From Methylorubrum extorquens (lineage in GTDB: Bacteria > Pseudomonadota > Alphaproteobacteria > Rhizobiales > Beijerinckiaceae): 39,543 nt of DNA. The DNA lies in the NCBI GenBank assembly GCA_019695455.1, contig JAEUAC010000284.1:1-39543 (forward strand), read 5' to 3'. The stretch's first letter is position 1. Each line of letters begins with the position of its first letter. This document shows, one piece after another, positions 1 to 9,276 of the stretch. Made by a program: the position numbers and the translations under genes. The notes beneath the pieces were generated by a model. It worked only from the letters and a program-made list of their open reading frames with translations, ran no database searches and was not told the origin of the DNA.

Positions 1-483
1 GACGGCTTCGTCGGCACGCTCACGGTCGCCGAGAACCTCGCGCTCGAGACGCTGGACGAGCCGTCGGTCTCGCGCGGCGGCTTCCTCCGCTTCGGCCGCA
101 TGCGCGAGCGGGCGCTCGCCGCGATCCGCGACTACGACATCCGCTGCCCCGGCCCGGATGCGCCGACGCGGCTCCTGTCGGGCGGCAACGCCCAGAAGGT
201 CATCCTGGCCCGCGTGCTGGACCGCGCGCCGCGTCTCGTCCTCGCGAACCAGCCGACGCGCGGCCTCGACGTCGGCGCCGCGACCGACATCGCGCGCCGC
301 CTCCTCGCCGCGCGCGAAGGCGGGGCGGCCGTCCTCCTGCTGTCCGACGATCTCGACGAACTCTTCGCGCTGGCCGACCGGATCGCCGTCATCGGGGCCG
401 GCCGGCTCTCGGCCGCGATGCCGACCGAGTCGCTGACGCTCGAGCGCCTCGGCCTCCTCATGGCCGGCCAGGAGGCGGCATGA
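1..483 (+). CDS. ABC transporter ATP-binding protein, nucleoside/sugar (CUT2) type, 5'-truncated by the window edge
   Basis: Frame is open from base 1 (DGFVGTLTVAENLALE). LSGGNAQK signature, QPTRGLDVGA and SDDLDEL are typical of the second ATPase domain of CUT2 ATPases. Two permeases follow. Confidence 0.9.
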   Translation, partial: DGFVGTLTVAENLALETLDEPSVSRGGFLRFGRMRERALAAIRDYDIRCPGPDAPTRLLSGGNAQKVILARVLDRAPRLVLANQPTRGLDVGAATDIARRLLAAREGGAAVLLLSDDLDELFALADRIAVIGAGRLSAAMPTESLTLERLGLLMAGQEAA

Positions 484-1532
484 TCCGCTTCGAGCCCCGC
501 ACGCGGACGCCGCTGGCGCTGCGTCTCCTCCTGCCGGTCCTGTCGGTGCTCGCGGCGCTGGCGCTCGCCGCCATCCCGCTCGCGCTCGCGGGCGCGCCCG
601 TCTGGACCGCCTATGCGGGCATCGCGACCGGGGCGGCCGGCTCCCTCTTCGCCCTGACCGAGACCCTGACGCGGGCGACGCCGCTCCTCTTCACGGGGCT
701 CGCGGCCGCGATCGCGTTCCGGGCGCGGCTGTTCAACATCGGGGCCGAGGGGCAGCTCTATCTCGGCGCGCTGGCCGCCGTAGCCGTCGGGTCGGGCGCG
801 ATCGCCCTTCCGCCGCCGCTCGTCCTGCCCGCCATCCTCGTCGCCGCCTTCGCGGCGGGCGCGCTCCTGATGCTCGGCCCGGCCCTCCTGAAGACGCGGC
901 TCGGCGTCGACGAGGTCGTGACGACGCTCCTCCTCAACTTCGTCGTGCTGCTCTTCGTGCAGATGATGCTGGAGGGGCCGTTCAAGGATCCGATGGGCGG
1001 CGGCTGGCCGCAATCGGAGCCGATCCTGCCCGAAGGCGCGCTGCCGCCGCTCTTCGAGCGCATGCGCGTCCATGCCGGGCTCCTCCTGGCCCTCGCGGCC
1101 GCGATCGCCGCGCAGGTGCTCATGGGCCGCACCACGCTCGGCCTGAAGATCCGCGCCGTCGGCGACAACCCGGCCGCCTCGCGCTTCGCCGGCATCGGCA
1201 TCACGGGCGTGACGGTCACGGTCGCGGTCCTGTCCGGCGGGCTCGCCGGGCTGGCGGGCGCCTCCGAGGTGGCGGGACTGAAGGGCTATCTGACGTCCGA
1301 CCTGTCGCGCGGCTTCGGCTACGCCGGCATCGTGGTGGCGACGCTCGCCGGCCTGCAGCCGCTGGCCGTGGTGCCGGCCGCGCTCTTCGTCGCCGGCATC
1401 TTCGTCGGCGCCGACACGATGAGCCGTCAGGTCGGCGTCTCGAACTACGTGGCGGACCTCATCGTCGCGCTCGCACTCCTCTGCGTGCTCGTCGGCGGCC
1501 TCTTCCAGCGCTATCGCCCGAGGTGGTCGTGA
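480..1532 (+). CDS. Nucleoside-type ABC transporter permease
   Basis: Highly hydrophobic, with FNIGAEGQ, EVVTTLLLN and GFGYAGIVVA motifs. ATGA overlap with the ATPase stop. Confidence 0.9.
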   Translation: MIRFEPRTRTPLALRLLLPVLSVLAALALAAIPLALAGAPVWTAYAGIATGAAGSLFALTETLTRATPLLFTGLAAAIAFRARLFNIGAEGQLYLGALAAVAVGSGAIALPPPLVLPAILVAAFAAGALLMLGPALLKTRLGVDEVVTTLLLNFVVLLFVQMMLEGPFKDPMGGGWPQSEPILPEGALPPLFERMRVHAGLLLALAAAIAAQVLMGRTTLGLKIRAVGDNPAASRFAGIGITGVTVTVAVLSGGLAGLAGASEVAGLKGYLTSDLSRGFGYAGIVVATLAGLQPLAVVPAALFVAGIFVGADTMSRQVGVSNYVADLIVALALLCVLVGGLFQRYRPRWS

Positions 1533-2482
1533 CGAACGCAGCCTTCCTCGTCGACCTCGTCGGCTCCGCCTCGTTCTGGTCGGCCGCGATCCGCATCGCG
1601 ACCCCGCTCCTGTTCGGCGTGCTCGGCGCGCTGATCTGCGAGCGCGCGGGCGTCCTGAACCTCGGCATCGAGGGCATCTTCACGGCGGGCGCCATGGCGG
1701 GCTGGCTCGCGGTCTATCTCGGGGCGGGGCTCTGGACGGGCCTCGCCGTCGCGGCGCTCACGGGCGCCGCCTTCGGGCTCGTCCACGCGCTCCTCACGGT
1801 GCCGCTCGGGCTCTCGCAGCACGTGACCGGGATCGGCGTCACGCTGTTCGCGACGAGCCTCGCCTATTTCACCTACCGGGTGGCCCTGCCGAACGTCGCC
1901 TCGCCTCCGCGCATCGAGCCCTTCGGGCCGCTCGACCTGCCGTTTCTGTCCTCCATCCCGGTGATCGGGCCCGCGCTGGCGGCCCAGACCGCCCCGACCT
2001 GGCTCGCCTTCGCGCTCTTCGCGCTCGTGGCGCTCGTGCTCGCCCGGACGCCGCTCGGGCTCGCGCTGCGCGCCGTGGGCGAGAACCCGGCCGCCGTCGA
2101 GGCGCAGGGGCTCGGCGTCCATGCGCTGCGGATCGGCGCGGTCGTCGCCGGCTCGGCCGTCATGGCGCTCGGCGGCGCCTTCCTGACCATGTCCGCCTTC
2201 AACGCCTTCTTCTTCGAGATGACGGCCGGACGCGGCTGGATCTGCATCGCCCTCACGGTCTTCGCCTCCTGGAAGCCGGGACGGGCGCTCGTCGGCGCGC
2301 TTCTCTTCGGCGCCTTCGACGCCTTCCAGCTGCGCCTGCAGCACCAGGTGGGCGGCGCCGTGCCGGGCCAGGTCTTCCTGATGCTGCCCTACCTCCTCTC
2401 GATCGCGGCCCTGATCCTCGTCGCCCGCCGGGCCGATTACCCGAAGGCGCTCATGGTGCCGTATTTCAAGGGAAGCCGGTGA
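1523..2482 (+). CDS. Nucleoside-type ABC transporter permease (second subunit)
   Basis: ERAGVLNLGIEG, RAVGENP and GRGWICIAL motifs. The start may instead be the GTG at 1529 that overlaps the upstream TGA. Confidence 0.9.
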   Translation: MVVTNAAFLVDLVGSASFWSAAIRIATPLLFGVLGALICERAGVLNLGIEGIFTAGAMAGWLAVYLGAGLWTGLAVAALTGAAFGLVHALLTVPLGLSQHVTGIGVTLFATSLAYFTYRVALPNVASPPRIEPFGPLDLPFLSSIPVIGPALAAQTAPTWLAFALFALVALVLARTPLGLALRAVGENPAAVEAQGLGVHALRIGAVVAGSAVMALGGAFLTMSAFNAFFFEMTAGRGWICIALTVFASWKPGRALVGALLFGAFDAFQLRLQHQVGGAVPGQVFLMLPYLLSIAALILVARRADYPKALMVPYFKGSR

Positions 2483-2511
2483 TTGGCGAAGCGGCTCAGC
2501 TCGCCTATGTT
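2483..2511 (+). promoter_or_regulatory. Candidate sigma70 promoter for the phd/vapC pair
   Basis: TTGGCG (2483-2488), 17 bp spacer, TATGTT (2506-2511), upstream of the ATG at 2540. Confidence 0.35.
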
Positions 2512-2539
2512 GGGAACCCATGTAGTCACGGATTGCACG

Positions 2540-2782
2540 ATGCGCGAATTGCAGTTGCGTCAGGCGAAGGCCACGCTGTCGGCCGTCATCGACGACGCGA
2601 AGCGAGGCGAGCCGTCGATCATCACGCGCCACGGGAAGCCGGAAGCCGTGGTCGTCGGCTTCGAGGAATGGCAGCGCATCAGCGAAGGTCTGTCGTTCGG
2701 ACGCATGATTTGGGAAGCGCCCTTCGAATCGGGCGACATCCCTGAGCGGACCAGCACGACGGTCCGTGACATCGACCTATGA
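2540..2782 (+). CDS. Type II TA antitoxin, Phd/YefM family
   Basis: MRELQLRQAKATLSAVID...GEPSIITRHGKPEAVVV is the Phd/YefM pattern. ATGA overlap with the PIN toxin. Confidence 0.88.
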   Translation: MRELQLRQAKATLSAVIDDAKRGEPSIITRHGKPEAVVVGFEEWQRISEGLSFGRMIWEAPFESGDIPERTSTTVRDIDL

Positions 2783-3222
2783 CGCGACGCTACTTGCTGG
2801 ATACGAACGTCGTATCCGCGGGTGCTCCGGACAAGCGGCCCGTACCGGAACTGGGGGAATGGCTCCACCGGTCGAGCGATCGCCTCTTTCTATCGGTGGT
2901 CACGCTGGGAGAGCTGTCCCGTGGCGTCGCGAAACTCGGTCGGACCGCACCTGGGCAGCGAGCCGATCGTCTCGCCGTTTGGCTCGTCGCGGTCGGGCGC
3001 GCCTTCGCCCCTCGCATTCTGCCGCTCGGCCACGACATCGCGCTCCTGTCGGGTCGACTCGCCGATCGCGCAGAAGCGATCGGTCACGCGCCGGACCCGG
3101 CGGATGTGTTGATCGGGGCGACCGCTGCCCACCACGGGCTCGTCGTGCTGACCCGCAACGTCCGGCATTTTCGTCCCCTCGGACTCGCGCCGATCGATCC
3201 GTTCCTCGACCTGCCCGATTGA
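2779..3222 (+). CDS. vapC: Type II TA toxin, VapC/PIN-domain RNase
   Basis: YLLDTNVVS, SVVTLGEL and DVLIGATA...LTRNVRHF PIN motifs. Confidence 0.9.
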   Translation: MTRRYLLDTNVVSAGAPDKRPVPELGEWLHRSSDRLFLSVVTLGELSRGVAKLGRTAPGQRADRLAVWLVAVGRAFAPRILPLGHDIALLSGRLADRAEAIGHAPDPADVLIGATAAHHGLVVLTRNVRHFRPLGLAPIDPFLDLPD

Positions 3223-3302
3223 TGGCCGGCCATCGTCCAGCCAATTCGGTCAGAGCGCGGACGGACCTGCGACCCGGCACCTGAGGGGCGCCGGCCGCGA
3301 CG

Positions 3303-3485
3303 TTACCGCTTCTTCCCGAGCAGGGCCGCGATGTCCTTGATCAGGTGGCCGGCCTTGCGATGGGCGGCGGTGAGCTGATCGGCCGTCACGCCCCAGCGCT
3401 TCTGCCAGTATTCCATGGCCTTCCGCTCGGACGGGTCCAGCCGGTCCTTGTCGATGAAGCCGCGCTTGTCCTTGAGGCCTGCCAC
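3303..3485 (-). CDS. DUF3606-family small protein (60 aa)
   Basis: D-R-L...YW-K-WGVT-DQL-AA--K-G pattern. GAAGGA ribosome-binding site (RBS) upstream of the GTG start. Confidence 0.75.
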   Translation of the reverse strand: MAGLKDKRGFIDKDRLDPSERKAMEYWQKRWGVTADQLTAAHRKAGHLIKDIAALLGKKR

Positions 3486-3622
3486 GATCGTGTCCTTCGT
3501 TCGGGGCGCATGTCGGACGCTTTCCGTGCCGGATCAAGGGAGCGCGGCGGCGAGGGCGGCCGGGACAGTCCCGCCCGGGCGCGATAGACTGCGGCTCCCG
3601 CCGTCGAACTCGCCGTCCGCCC

Positions 3623-4918
3623 ATGAGCCTCGATCTCCTCGTCCGAAACGCCACGCTGCCCGACGGGCGGACGGGCCAGGATGTCGGCGTGCGCGACGGG
3701 CGGATCGTCGGGGTCGAGCCGGGGATCGCGGCGGAGGCCGGGCGCGTCATCGAGGCCGGGGGGCGTCTCCTGTCGCCGCCCTTCTGCGACGTCCACTTCC
3801 ACATGGACGCCACCCTGTCGCTCGGCCTGCCGCGGCTGAACCGGTCCGGCACCCTGCTCGAGGGCATCGCGCTCTGGGGCGAGCTGAAGCCTCACCTGAC
3901 GCACGAGGCCGTGGTCGAGCGGGCGCTCCGCTATTGCGACCTCGCCGTCGCGCAGGGCATCGGCGCCATCCGCAGCCACGTCGACGTCTGCGACGACCGC
4001 CTCCTCGCCGTCGACGCGCTCCTCGACGTGAAGGCCCGCGTCGCGCCCTATCTCGACCTGCAGCTCGTCGCCTTCCCGCAGGACGGCTACTACCGGTCGC
4101 CGGGCGCGGCCGCCAATCTCGAGCGCGCGCTCGACCGGGGCGTCGACGTCGTCGGCGGCATCCCGCATTTCGAGCGCACGATGGCCGAGGGCGCGGCCTC
4201 CGTCCGCGCCCTCTGCGAGATCGCGGCGGCGCGCGGGCTGCGCGTCGACCTGCATTGCGACGAAACGGACGATCCGAACTCGCGCCATATCGAGACGCTG
4301 GCGGCCGAGACGCTGCGGCTGGGGCTCGGCGGCCGGGTCGCGGGCTCGCACCTGACCTCCATGCATTCCATGGACAACTACTACGTCTCGAAGCTCATTC
4401 CCCTGATCGCGGAGGCGGGCGTGGCGGCCATCGCCAACCCGCTCATCAACATCCTCATCCAGGGGCGGCACGACACCTATCCGAAGCGGCGGGGGATGAC
4501 GCGGATCCCGGAGCTCGCGGCGGCCGGGATCACCTGCGCCTTCGGGCACGATTGCGTCATGGACCCCTGGTACTCGCTCGGCTCGGGCGACATGCTGGAG
4601 GTGGCGGCGATGGCCGTGCATGTCGGCCACCTCTCCGGCCGCGACGCCATGCGCGCCTGCTTCGAGGCCGTGACGTCGGCGCCCGCCGCCATCATGGGCC
4701 TCGACGATTACGGCATCGCGCCGGGCCGCCGGGCCGATTTCGTCCTCCTCCAGGCGGCGGATCCGATCGAGGCGATCCGCCTCAAGGCGGCGCGCCTCGC
4801 GGTGGTGCGGCGCGGGCGCGTCATCGCCGAAGCCGCGCCCCGCCTGACGCGGCTCGCGCTCGCGGGCCGGCCGGCCGAGGTCGATCCCGCCGCCTACGCG
4901 CCGCTCGCGACGGACTGA
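3623..4918 (+). CDS. codA: Cytosine deaminase-like metallo-amidohydrolase
   Basis: DVHFHMD, RSHVD, VAFPQDG, GGIPHFE, HCDETDDP and GHDCVMDPWY motifs of bacterial CodA. Confidence 0.87.
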   Translation: MSLDLLVRNATLPDGRTGQDVGVRDGRIVGVEPGIAAEAGRVIEAGGRLLSPPFCDVHFHMDATLSLGLPRLNRSGTLLEGIALWGELKPHLTHEAVVERALRYCDLAVAQGIGAIRSHVDVCDDRLLAVDALLDVKARVAPYLDLQLVAFPQDGYYRSPGAAANLERALDRGVDVVGGIPHFERTMAEGAASVRALCEIAAARGLRVDLHCDETDDPNSRHIETLAAETLRLGLGGRVAGSHLTSMHSMDNYYVSKLIPLIAEAGVAAIANPLINILIQGRHDTYPKRRGMTRIPELAAAGITCAFGHDCVMDPWYSLGSGDMLEVAAMAVHVGHLSGRDAMRACFEAVTSAPAAIMGLDDYGIAPGRRADFVLLQAADPIEAIRLKAARLAVVRRGRVIAEAAPRLTRLALAGRPAEVDPAAYAPLATD

Positions 4919-4991
4919 CGCTCCCGCGCCCCGCCGGCTTCCCGCGCCGCCTCGCCCGCCGCTACCATCAGGCCGATTCGGGCAGGGGCTG

Positions 4992-5873
4992 ATGCGGGCG
5001 ATCGCGATCGATTTCGAGACGGCGAACGAGCAGCGGGCGAGCCCCTGCGCGGTCGGGCTCGCCTGGATCGAGGACGGGCGCATCGTGCGCCGGGCCCATC
5101 GCTTCATCCGCCCGCCCGTCATGCGGTTCTCGCCCGGGAACATCCGCGTGCACGGCATCCGACCCGTCGACGTGGCGGACGCGCCCGACTTCCCGACCGT
5201 CATGGCCGAGTTCTGGCCCGACCTCTCCTCGACGCTGCTGCTCGCCCACAATGCCGGCTTCGACATGGGCGTGATCTCGGCGACCTTCGAGCTCTACGGC
5301 GGGGCTCCGTCGCGGCTGGATTATCTCTGCACGAAGGACATCGCCCGGCGGGCCTGGAGCGGCGAGGTCTCCTACGGTCTCGCCGCCATGGCGCGCCGGA
5401 TCGGGCTGACCTTCCGTCACCACGACGCGGAGGAGGATGCCCATGCCTGCGCGAGCCTCGCTCTCGCGGTCGCGGCCGATCTCGGGACGGATCGGATCGG
5501 CCTCATGGCCGGCCGCCTCGGGCTCGAGCCGCGCCGCACCGGCTGGACGGCCGCGCAGCGCATGGCGCGCCGGGGGGCGCCGCGGCCGGACGTCCGGGTC
5601 GAGGCCGATACGCTGCTCTTCTCGGTGCGAGGCTCGGCCGGTGCGAGCTATGCGGTCTCGGGCGAGGCCCGGGGAGGGCGCTTCCGGCTCGCCTGCTCGT
5701 GCCATGCCGGCCGGTTCGGCTCCCGCTGCCGGCACGTGACGGCGCTCCTGGACGGCGAGGTGACGGACCTCCTGTCCGACAATCTCGCCGACGTGGAGCG
5801 CCTGCGCCGCATCGTCGACGCCGTCGGCGCCGACGCGATCCACCCGCCCGAGCGGGCCCGCAGGGCGGCCTGA
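4992..5873 (+). CDS. DEDDh 3'-5' exonuclease (DnaQ-like) with a C-terminal SWIM zinc finger
   Basis: ExoI IDFETAN, ExoII AHNAGFD and ExoIII HHDAEEDA motifs. C-terminal VRGS..SYAV...CSCHAGRFGSRCRH fits the CxC-x(n)-CxH SWIM signature. Confidence 0.85.
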   Translation: MRAIAIDFETANEQRASPCAVGLAWIEDGRIVRRAHRFIRPPVMRFSPGNIRVHGIRPVDVADAPDFPTVMAEFWPDLSSTLLLAHNAGFDMGVISATFELYGGAPSRLDYLCTKDIARRAWSGEVSYGLAAMARRIGLTFRHHDAEEDAHACASLALAVAADLGTDRIGLMAGRLGLEPRRTGWTAAQRMARRGAPRPDVRVEADTLLFSVRGSAGASYAVSGEARGGRFRLACSCHAGRFGSRCRHVTALLDGEVTDLLSDNLADVERLRRIVDAVGADAIHPPERARRAA

Positions 5874-5939
5874 TACGGGCGCCCACGACGTCGGTCCGTC
5901 TTACGATGGATCGGAACCACGGGCGCGCCCCCGGGGTCG

Positions 5940-6058
5940 TGCGTCACTTGAGGCGTCGCTCCTCGGGATGACGCGGTCGGGTGCTCGACACCGCTGCCTG
6001 CCACGTCGATCCGAGCCGACCTTTCCAGGGCCGAAGGCCCGTCTCGACGCACGCACGA
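5940..6058. repeat. Degenerate fragments of a REP/RIME-like palindromic repeat
   Basis: CTCCTCGGGATGACG and CCGAAGGCCCGTCTCGACGCACGCA resemble the arms of the intact element at 34555-34656. Lies between convergent genes. Confidence 0.3.
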
Positions 6059-6106
6059 CCACCGACACCCGTCACGAACCGCGACGGATGCCGGCGGCCG
6101 TGCCGG

Positions 6107-8302
6107 CTAGGCGGTCGGCAGGCGCGGCAGGAGCTTGTCGAGCGTCAGCGGGTAGTCGCGGATGCGGATGCCCGTCGCGTTGTAGACGGCGTTCGCCACC
6201 GCGGCCCCGACGCCGCAGATGCCGAGCTCGCCCACGCCCTTCGCCTTGATCCACGACGACTTGTCGTCCGTCTCGTCGAGGAAGACCACGTCGAGGTCGG
6301 GGATGTCGGCGTGCACGGGCACGACGTATTCGGCGAGGTCGTGGTTGATGAAGCCACCGAAGCGCTCGTCAACCACCTGCTCCTCCATGAGGGCCGCGCC
6401 GATGCCCATGGTCATGCCGCCGAGGCACTGGTTGCGCGACGTCTTCGGGTTGATGATGCGACCGGCCGAACAGACCGACAGCATCCGGCGCACCCGGATC
6501 TCGCCCGTATGGGCGTCGACGCCGACCTCGCAGAAATGGCCGGCGAAGCTCGCCTGGGCGAACTTCTTCGTCAGGTCGCCGAACTCCGCCTTCGCCTCGA
6601 CCGTCACGCCGTCGGGTCCCGCCACCTCGGCGAGCGAGCGCGAGCGGCCGCCGGAGGCGACGTTGCCGTCGGCGAAGGTGACGTCCTTCGTGTTGAAGCC
6701 CGCCTTCTGGGCGACCGCGTCGCGGAGCGCCTCGCAGGCCGCGAAGACGCCGGCCGAGGCCGAGTTCGCGCCCCACGAGCCGCCCGAACCCGAGGAGAGC
6801 GGGAAGTCGGAATCGCCGAGCTTCACGCGGACCTTCTCGATCGGCAGGCCCATCATCTCGGCCGCGACCTGGCCGAGGATCGTGTAGGACCCCGTGCCGA
6901 TATCGGTCATCTGGGTCTCGACCGTGACGACGCCCTCGCGATCGAGCTTCACGCGGGCCCCGGACGGCATGACGAGGTTGCCGCGGAAGCCGGACGCGAC
7001 GCCCATGCCGACGAGCCATTGGCCGTCGCGCACGGTGCCGGGCTTGGCGGCCCGCTTGGACCAGCCGAACCGCTCGGCACCCGTCCGCAGGCACTCGACC
7101 AGATGGCGCGACGAGAACGAGCGGGATGGCCCCTTCTCGGGATCGTACTGGATGTCGTTGCGGATCCGCAGCTCGACCGGGTCGACGCCCGTCTTCTCCG
7201 CCAGCTCGTCCATGGCGCATTCGAGCGCGAGCAGGCCGACGGCCTCGCCCGGGGCCCGCATGGCGCCGCCCTTCGGCAGGTCGAGCTCGGACAGGCGCGT
7301 GCGGATCAGGCGGTTCTCGCCGGCATAGAGCAGCTTCGTCTGGTCGGCCGCGTTCTCGACCTCGCCGCCCTCCTGGTTGCCCGACACCGTGTCGTGCCCC
7401 ATCGCCGTGATCCGGCCGTCCGGGCCCGCGCCGAGCCGGATCCGCTGGATCGTCGCCGGCCGATGGTTCGTGTGATTGAAGATCTGCGGCCGGGTCAGGG
7501 CGACCTTGACCGGACGTCCGAGCTTCTGGGCCGCGACGGCCGCGAGGATCGGATCGGAATAGATGAACAGCTTCGAGCCGAACCCGCCGCCCACATAGGC
7601 GGATTGGACGCGCACCTTCGTCTTCGGGATGCCGAGCGTGCCGGCGATGCCGTCATGCGCCCAATGGATCATCTGGTTCGCCGTGTAGACGGTGAGCTTG
7701 TCGCCGTCCCACTTGGCCACGGAGGCGTGCGGCTCCATCATGGCGTGCGACTGGTCAGGCGTCGTGTAGGTGACGTCGACCGTGACGGGAGCGGCCGAGA
7801 ACGCCTTGTCGAAGTCGCCGACCGTCGAGTCGGGCGCCGACTTCACGGGCTCGCCCTTGTCCTGCACGGCGGCGAGATCGTAGGCGCCCTTCGCCTCCGT
7901 GTAGGTCACCTTGACGGCGCGCGCCGCGGCCCGCGCCTGCTCGAACGTCTCCGCCACGACGAAGGCCACGGCCTGCTCGTACTGCTTGATCTCCGCGCCC
8001 TGGAGCTGCGGCGCGTTGTGCTCGCCCTCGTCGCTCATCTTCGGCGTGTTCGCGTGCGTCAGGACGAGCAGCACGCCCGGCATCGCCTCGGCGGCCTTCG
8101 TGTCGAGGGACGCGATGCGGCCTTTCGGAACGCTGGACCCGAGCACGAACCCGTAGGCCGCGTTCGGGAAGTCCTGGTGGTACTCGTAGGCATAGGGTGC
8201 CCGGCCGGAGACCTTCAGGGGGCCGTCGATCCGGTCGATGGGCTTCGTGACCACCCGGCCCGCGTCGAGCGGGTTGGGGCCGGCCGCTTGGGTGAATTCC
8301 AT
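6107..8302 (-). CDS. paoC: Aldehyde oxidoreductase molybdenum-cofactor-binding subunit (xanthine oxidase family)
   Basis: RIDGPLKVSG, HAMMEPH, GGGFGSK, MRAPGE, GSGGSWGA and KGVGELGICG motifs. Start taken as MEFTQ at 8302. Confidence 0.88.
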   Translation of the reverse strand: MEFTQAAGPNPLDAGRVVTKPIDRIDGPLKVSGRAPYAYEYHQDFPNAAYGFVLGSSVPKGRIASLDTKAAEAMPGVLLVLTHANTPKMSDEGEHNAPQLQGAEIKQYEQAVAFVVAETFEQARAAARAVKVTYTEAKGAYDLAAVQDKGEPVKSAPDSTVGDFDKAFSAAPVTVDVTYTTPDQSHAMMEPHASVAKWDGDKLTVYTANQMIHWAHDGIAGTLGIPKTKVRVQSAYVGGGFGSKLFIYSDPILAAVAAQKLGRPVKVALTRPQIFNHTNHRPATIQRIRLGAGPDGRITAMGHDTVSGNQEGGEVENAADQTKLLYAGENRLIRTRLSELDLPKGGAMRAPGEAVGLLALECAMDELAEKTGVDPVELRIRNDIQYDPEKGPSRSFSSRHLVECLRTGAERFGWSKRAAKPGTVRDGQWLVGMGVASGFRGNLVMPSGARVKLDREGVVTVETQMTDIGTGSYTILGQVAAEMMGLPIEKVRVKLGDSDFPLSSGSGGSWGANSASAGVFAACEALRDAVAQKAGFNTKDVTFADGNVASGGRSRSLAEVAGPDGVTVEAKAEFGDLTKKFAQASFAGHFCEVGVDAHTGEIRVRRMLSVCSAGRIINPKTSRNQCLGGMTMGIGAALMEEQVVDERFGGFINHDLAEYVVPVHADIPDLDVVFLDETDDKSSWIKAKGVGELGICGVGAAVANAVYNATGIRIRDYPLTLDKLLPRLPTA

Positions 8303-8324
8303 GGCTGTCGTCCGTCCTGTGGCG

Positions 8325-9266
8325 TTACGCGACCGCGGCCGCGAGCGTCCGCCGCACGAGCGGCAGCTTGAATGCGTTGTCCTTGGTGGGCTTGGCACCC
8401 GCGAGCGCCGCCTCCGCCACCGCGTCCGTGCCCCGGCCGAATTCGGCCTCGGCCGCCTCGACGCGCCACGGCTTGTGGGCCAGCCCGCCGAAGGCGAAGC
8501 GCGCCTTGCCGTCGGCCGCGATCACGGCCGCCACCGACACGGTCGCGAAGGCGTAGGACGCCCGGTCGCGGACCTTCCGATAGACGTGCCGGCCGCCGAG
8601 CGGCTTCGGCAGCGTCACGGACGTGATCAGCTCGTCGCCCTTCAGGGTCGTGTCGGCCTGCGGCGTGTCGCCGGGCAGGCGGTGGAACTCCGCGATCGGG
8701 ATCGAGCGCGTCTGGCCGCCGGGCGACACCGTCTCGACCGTCGCGTCGAGGACCCGCATGGCGATCGCCATGTCGGACGGATGGGTCGCGATGCAGGCGT
8801 CGCTCACGCCGATCACGGCGAGGTTGCGGCTGAAGCCCTCGATCGCCGAGCAGCCCGTGCCGGGGTCGCGCTTGTTGCAGGGGCGGGCAGGGTCGTAGAA
8901 ATACGGGCACCGCGTCCGCTGCAGCAGGTTGCCGGCCGTGGTCGCCTTGTTGCGGAGCTGCCCGGAGGCGCCCGCCAGGAGGGCGCGCGACAGGACGGCG
9001 TAGTCCTTGCGCACCCGGGCGTCGGCCGCCAGCGCGGTGTTGCGGACCAGCGCGCCGATGCGCAGCCCGCCGTCGGCGGTCGCCTCGATGGCGTCGATCC
9101 CGCCGATGCGGTTGACGTCCACGAGATGCGTCGGCCGCTCGATCTCGAGCTTCATCAGGTCGAGGAGGTTGGTGCCGCCCGCGATGAACTTGGCGCCGGG
9201 CGCCTTCGCGACCGCCGCGGCGGCCTCGGCCGGGCTCGACGCCCGTTCGTACGTGAATTGCCTCAT
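8325..9266 (-). CDS. paoB: Aldehyde oxidoreductase FAD-binding subunit
   Basis: [26 protein letters not shown] and [13 protein letters not shown] motifs. The four cysteines in [20 protein letters not shown] are the PaoB-type 4Fe-4S ligands. Start taken as MRQF at 9266. Confidence 0.88.
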   Translation of the reverse strand: MRQFTYERASSPAEAAAAVAKAPGAKFIAGGTNLLDLMKLEIERPTHLVDVNRIGGIDAIEATADGGLRIGALVRNTALAADARVRKDYAVLSRALLAGASGQLRNKATTAGNLLQRTRCPYFYDPARPCNKRDPGTGCSAIEGFSRNLAVIGVSDACIATHPSDMAIAMRVLDATVETVSPGGQTRSIPIAEFHRLPGDTPQADTTLKGDELITSVTLPKPLGGRHVYRKVRDRASYAFATVSVAAVIAADGKARFAFGGLAHKPWRVEAAEAEFGRGTDAVAEAALAGAKPTKDNAFKLPLVRRTLAAAVA

Positions 9267-9276
9267 GTCGTGCCCC

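Noticed and set aside
4992-5873. Calling this gene dnaQ (core Pol III epsilon subunit)
   Set aside because: It has the DFETAN-type motif and a SWIM tail rather than the alpha-binding C-terminus, and it is not in a dnaQ gene context.
5981-8371. Long antisense or alternate-frame ORFs (796 aa here; also 3386-5266, 13371-15293, 26778-29108, 32155-34518 and others)
   Set aside because: They are shadows of real genes. High GC makes stop codons rare, and the products are Arg/Pro/Gly-rich with no recognisable motifs.
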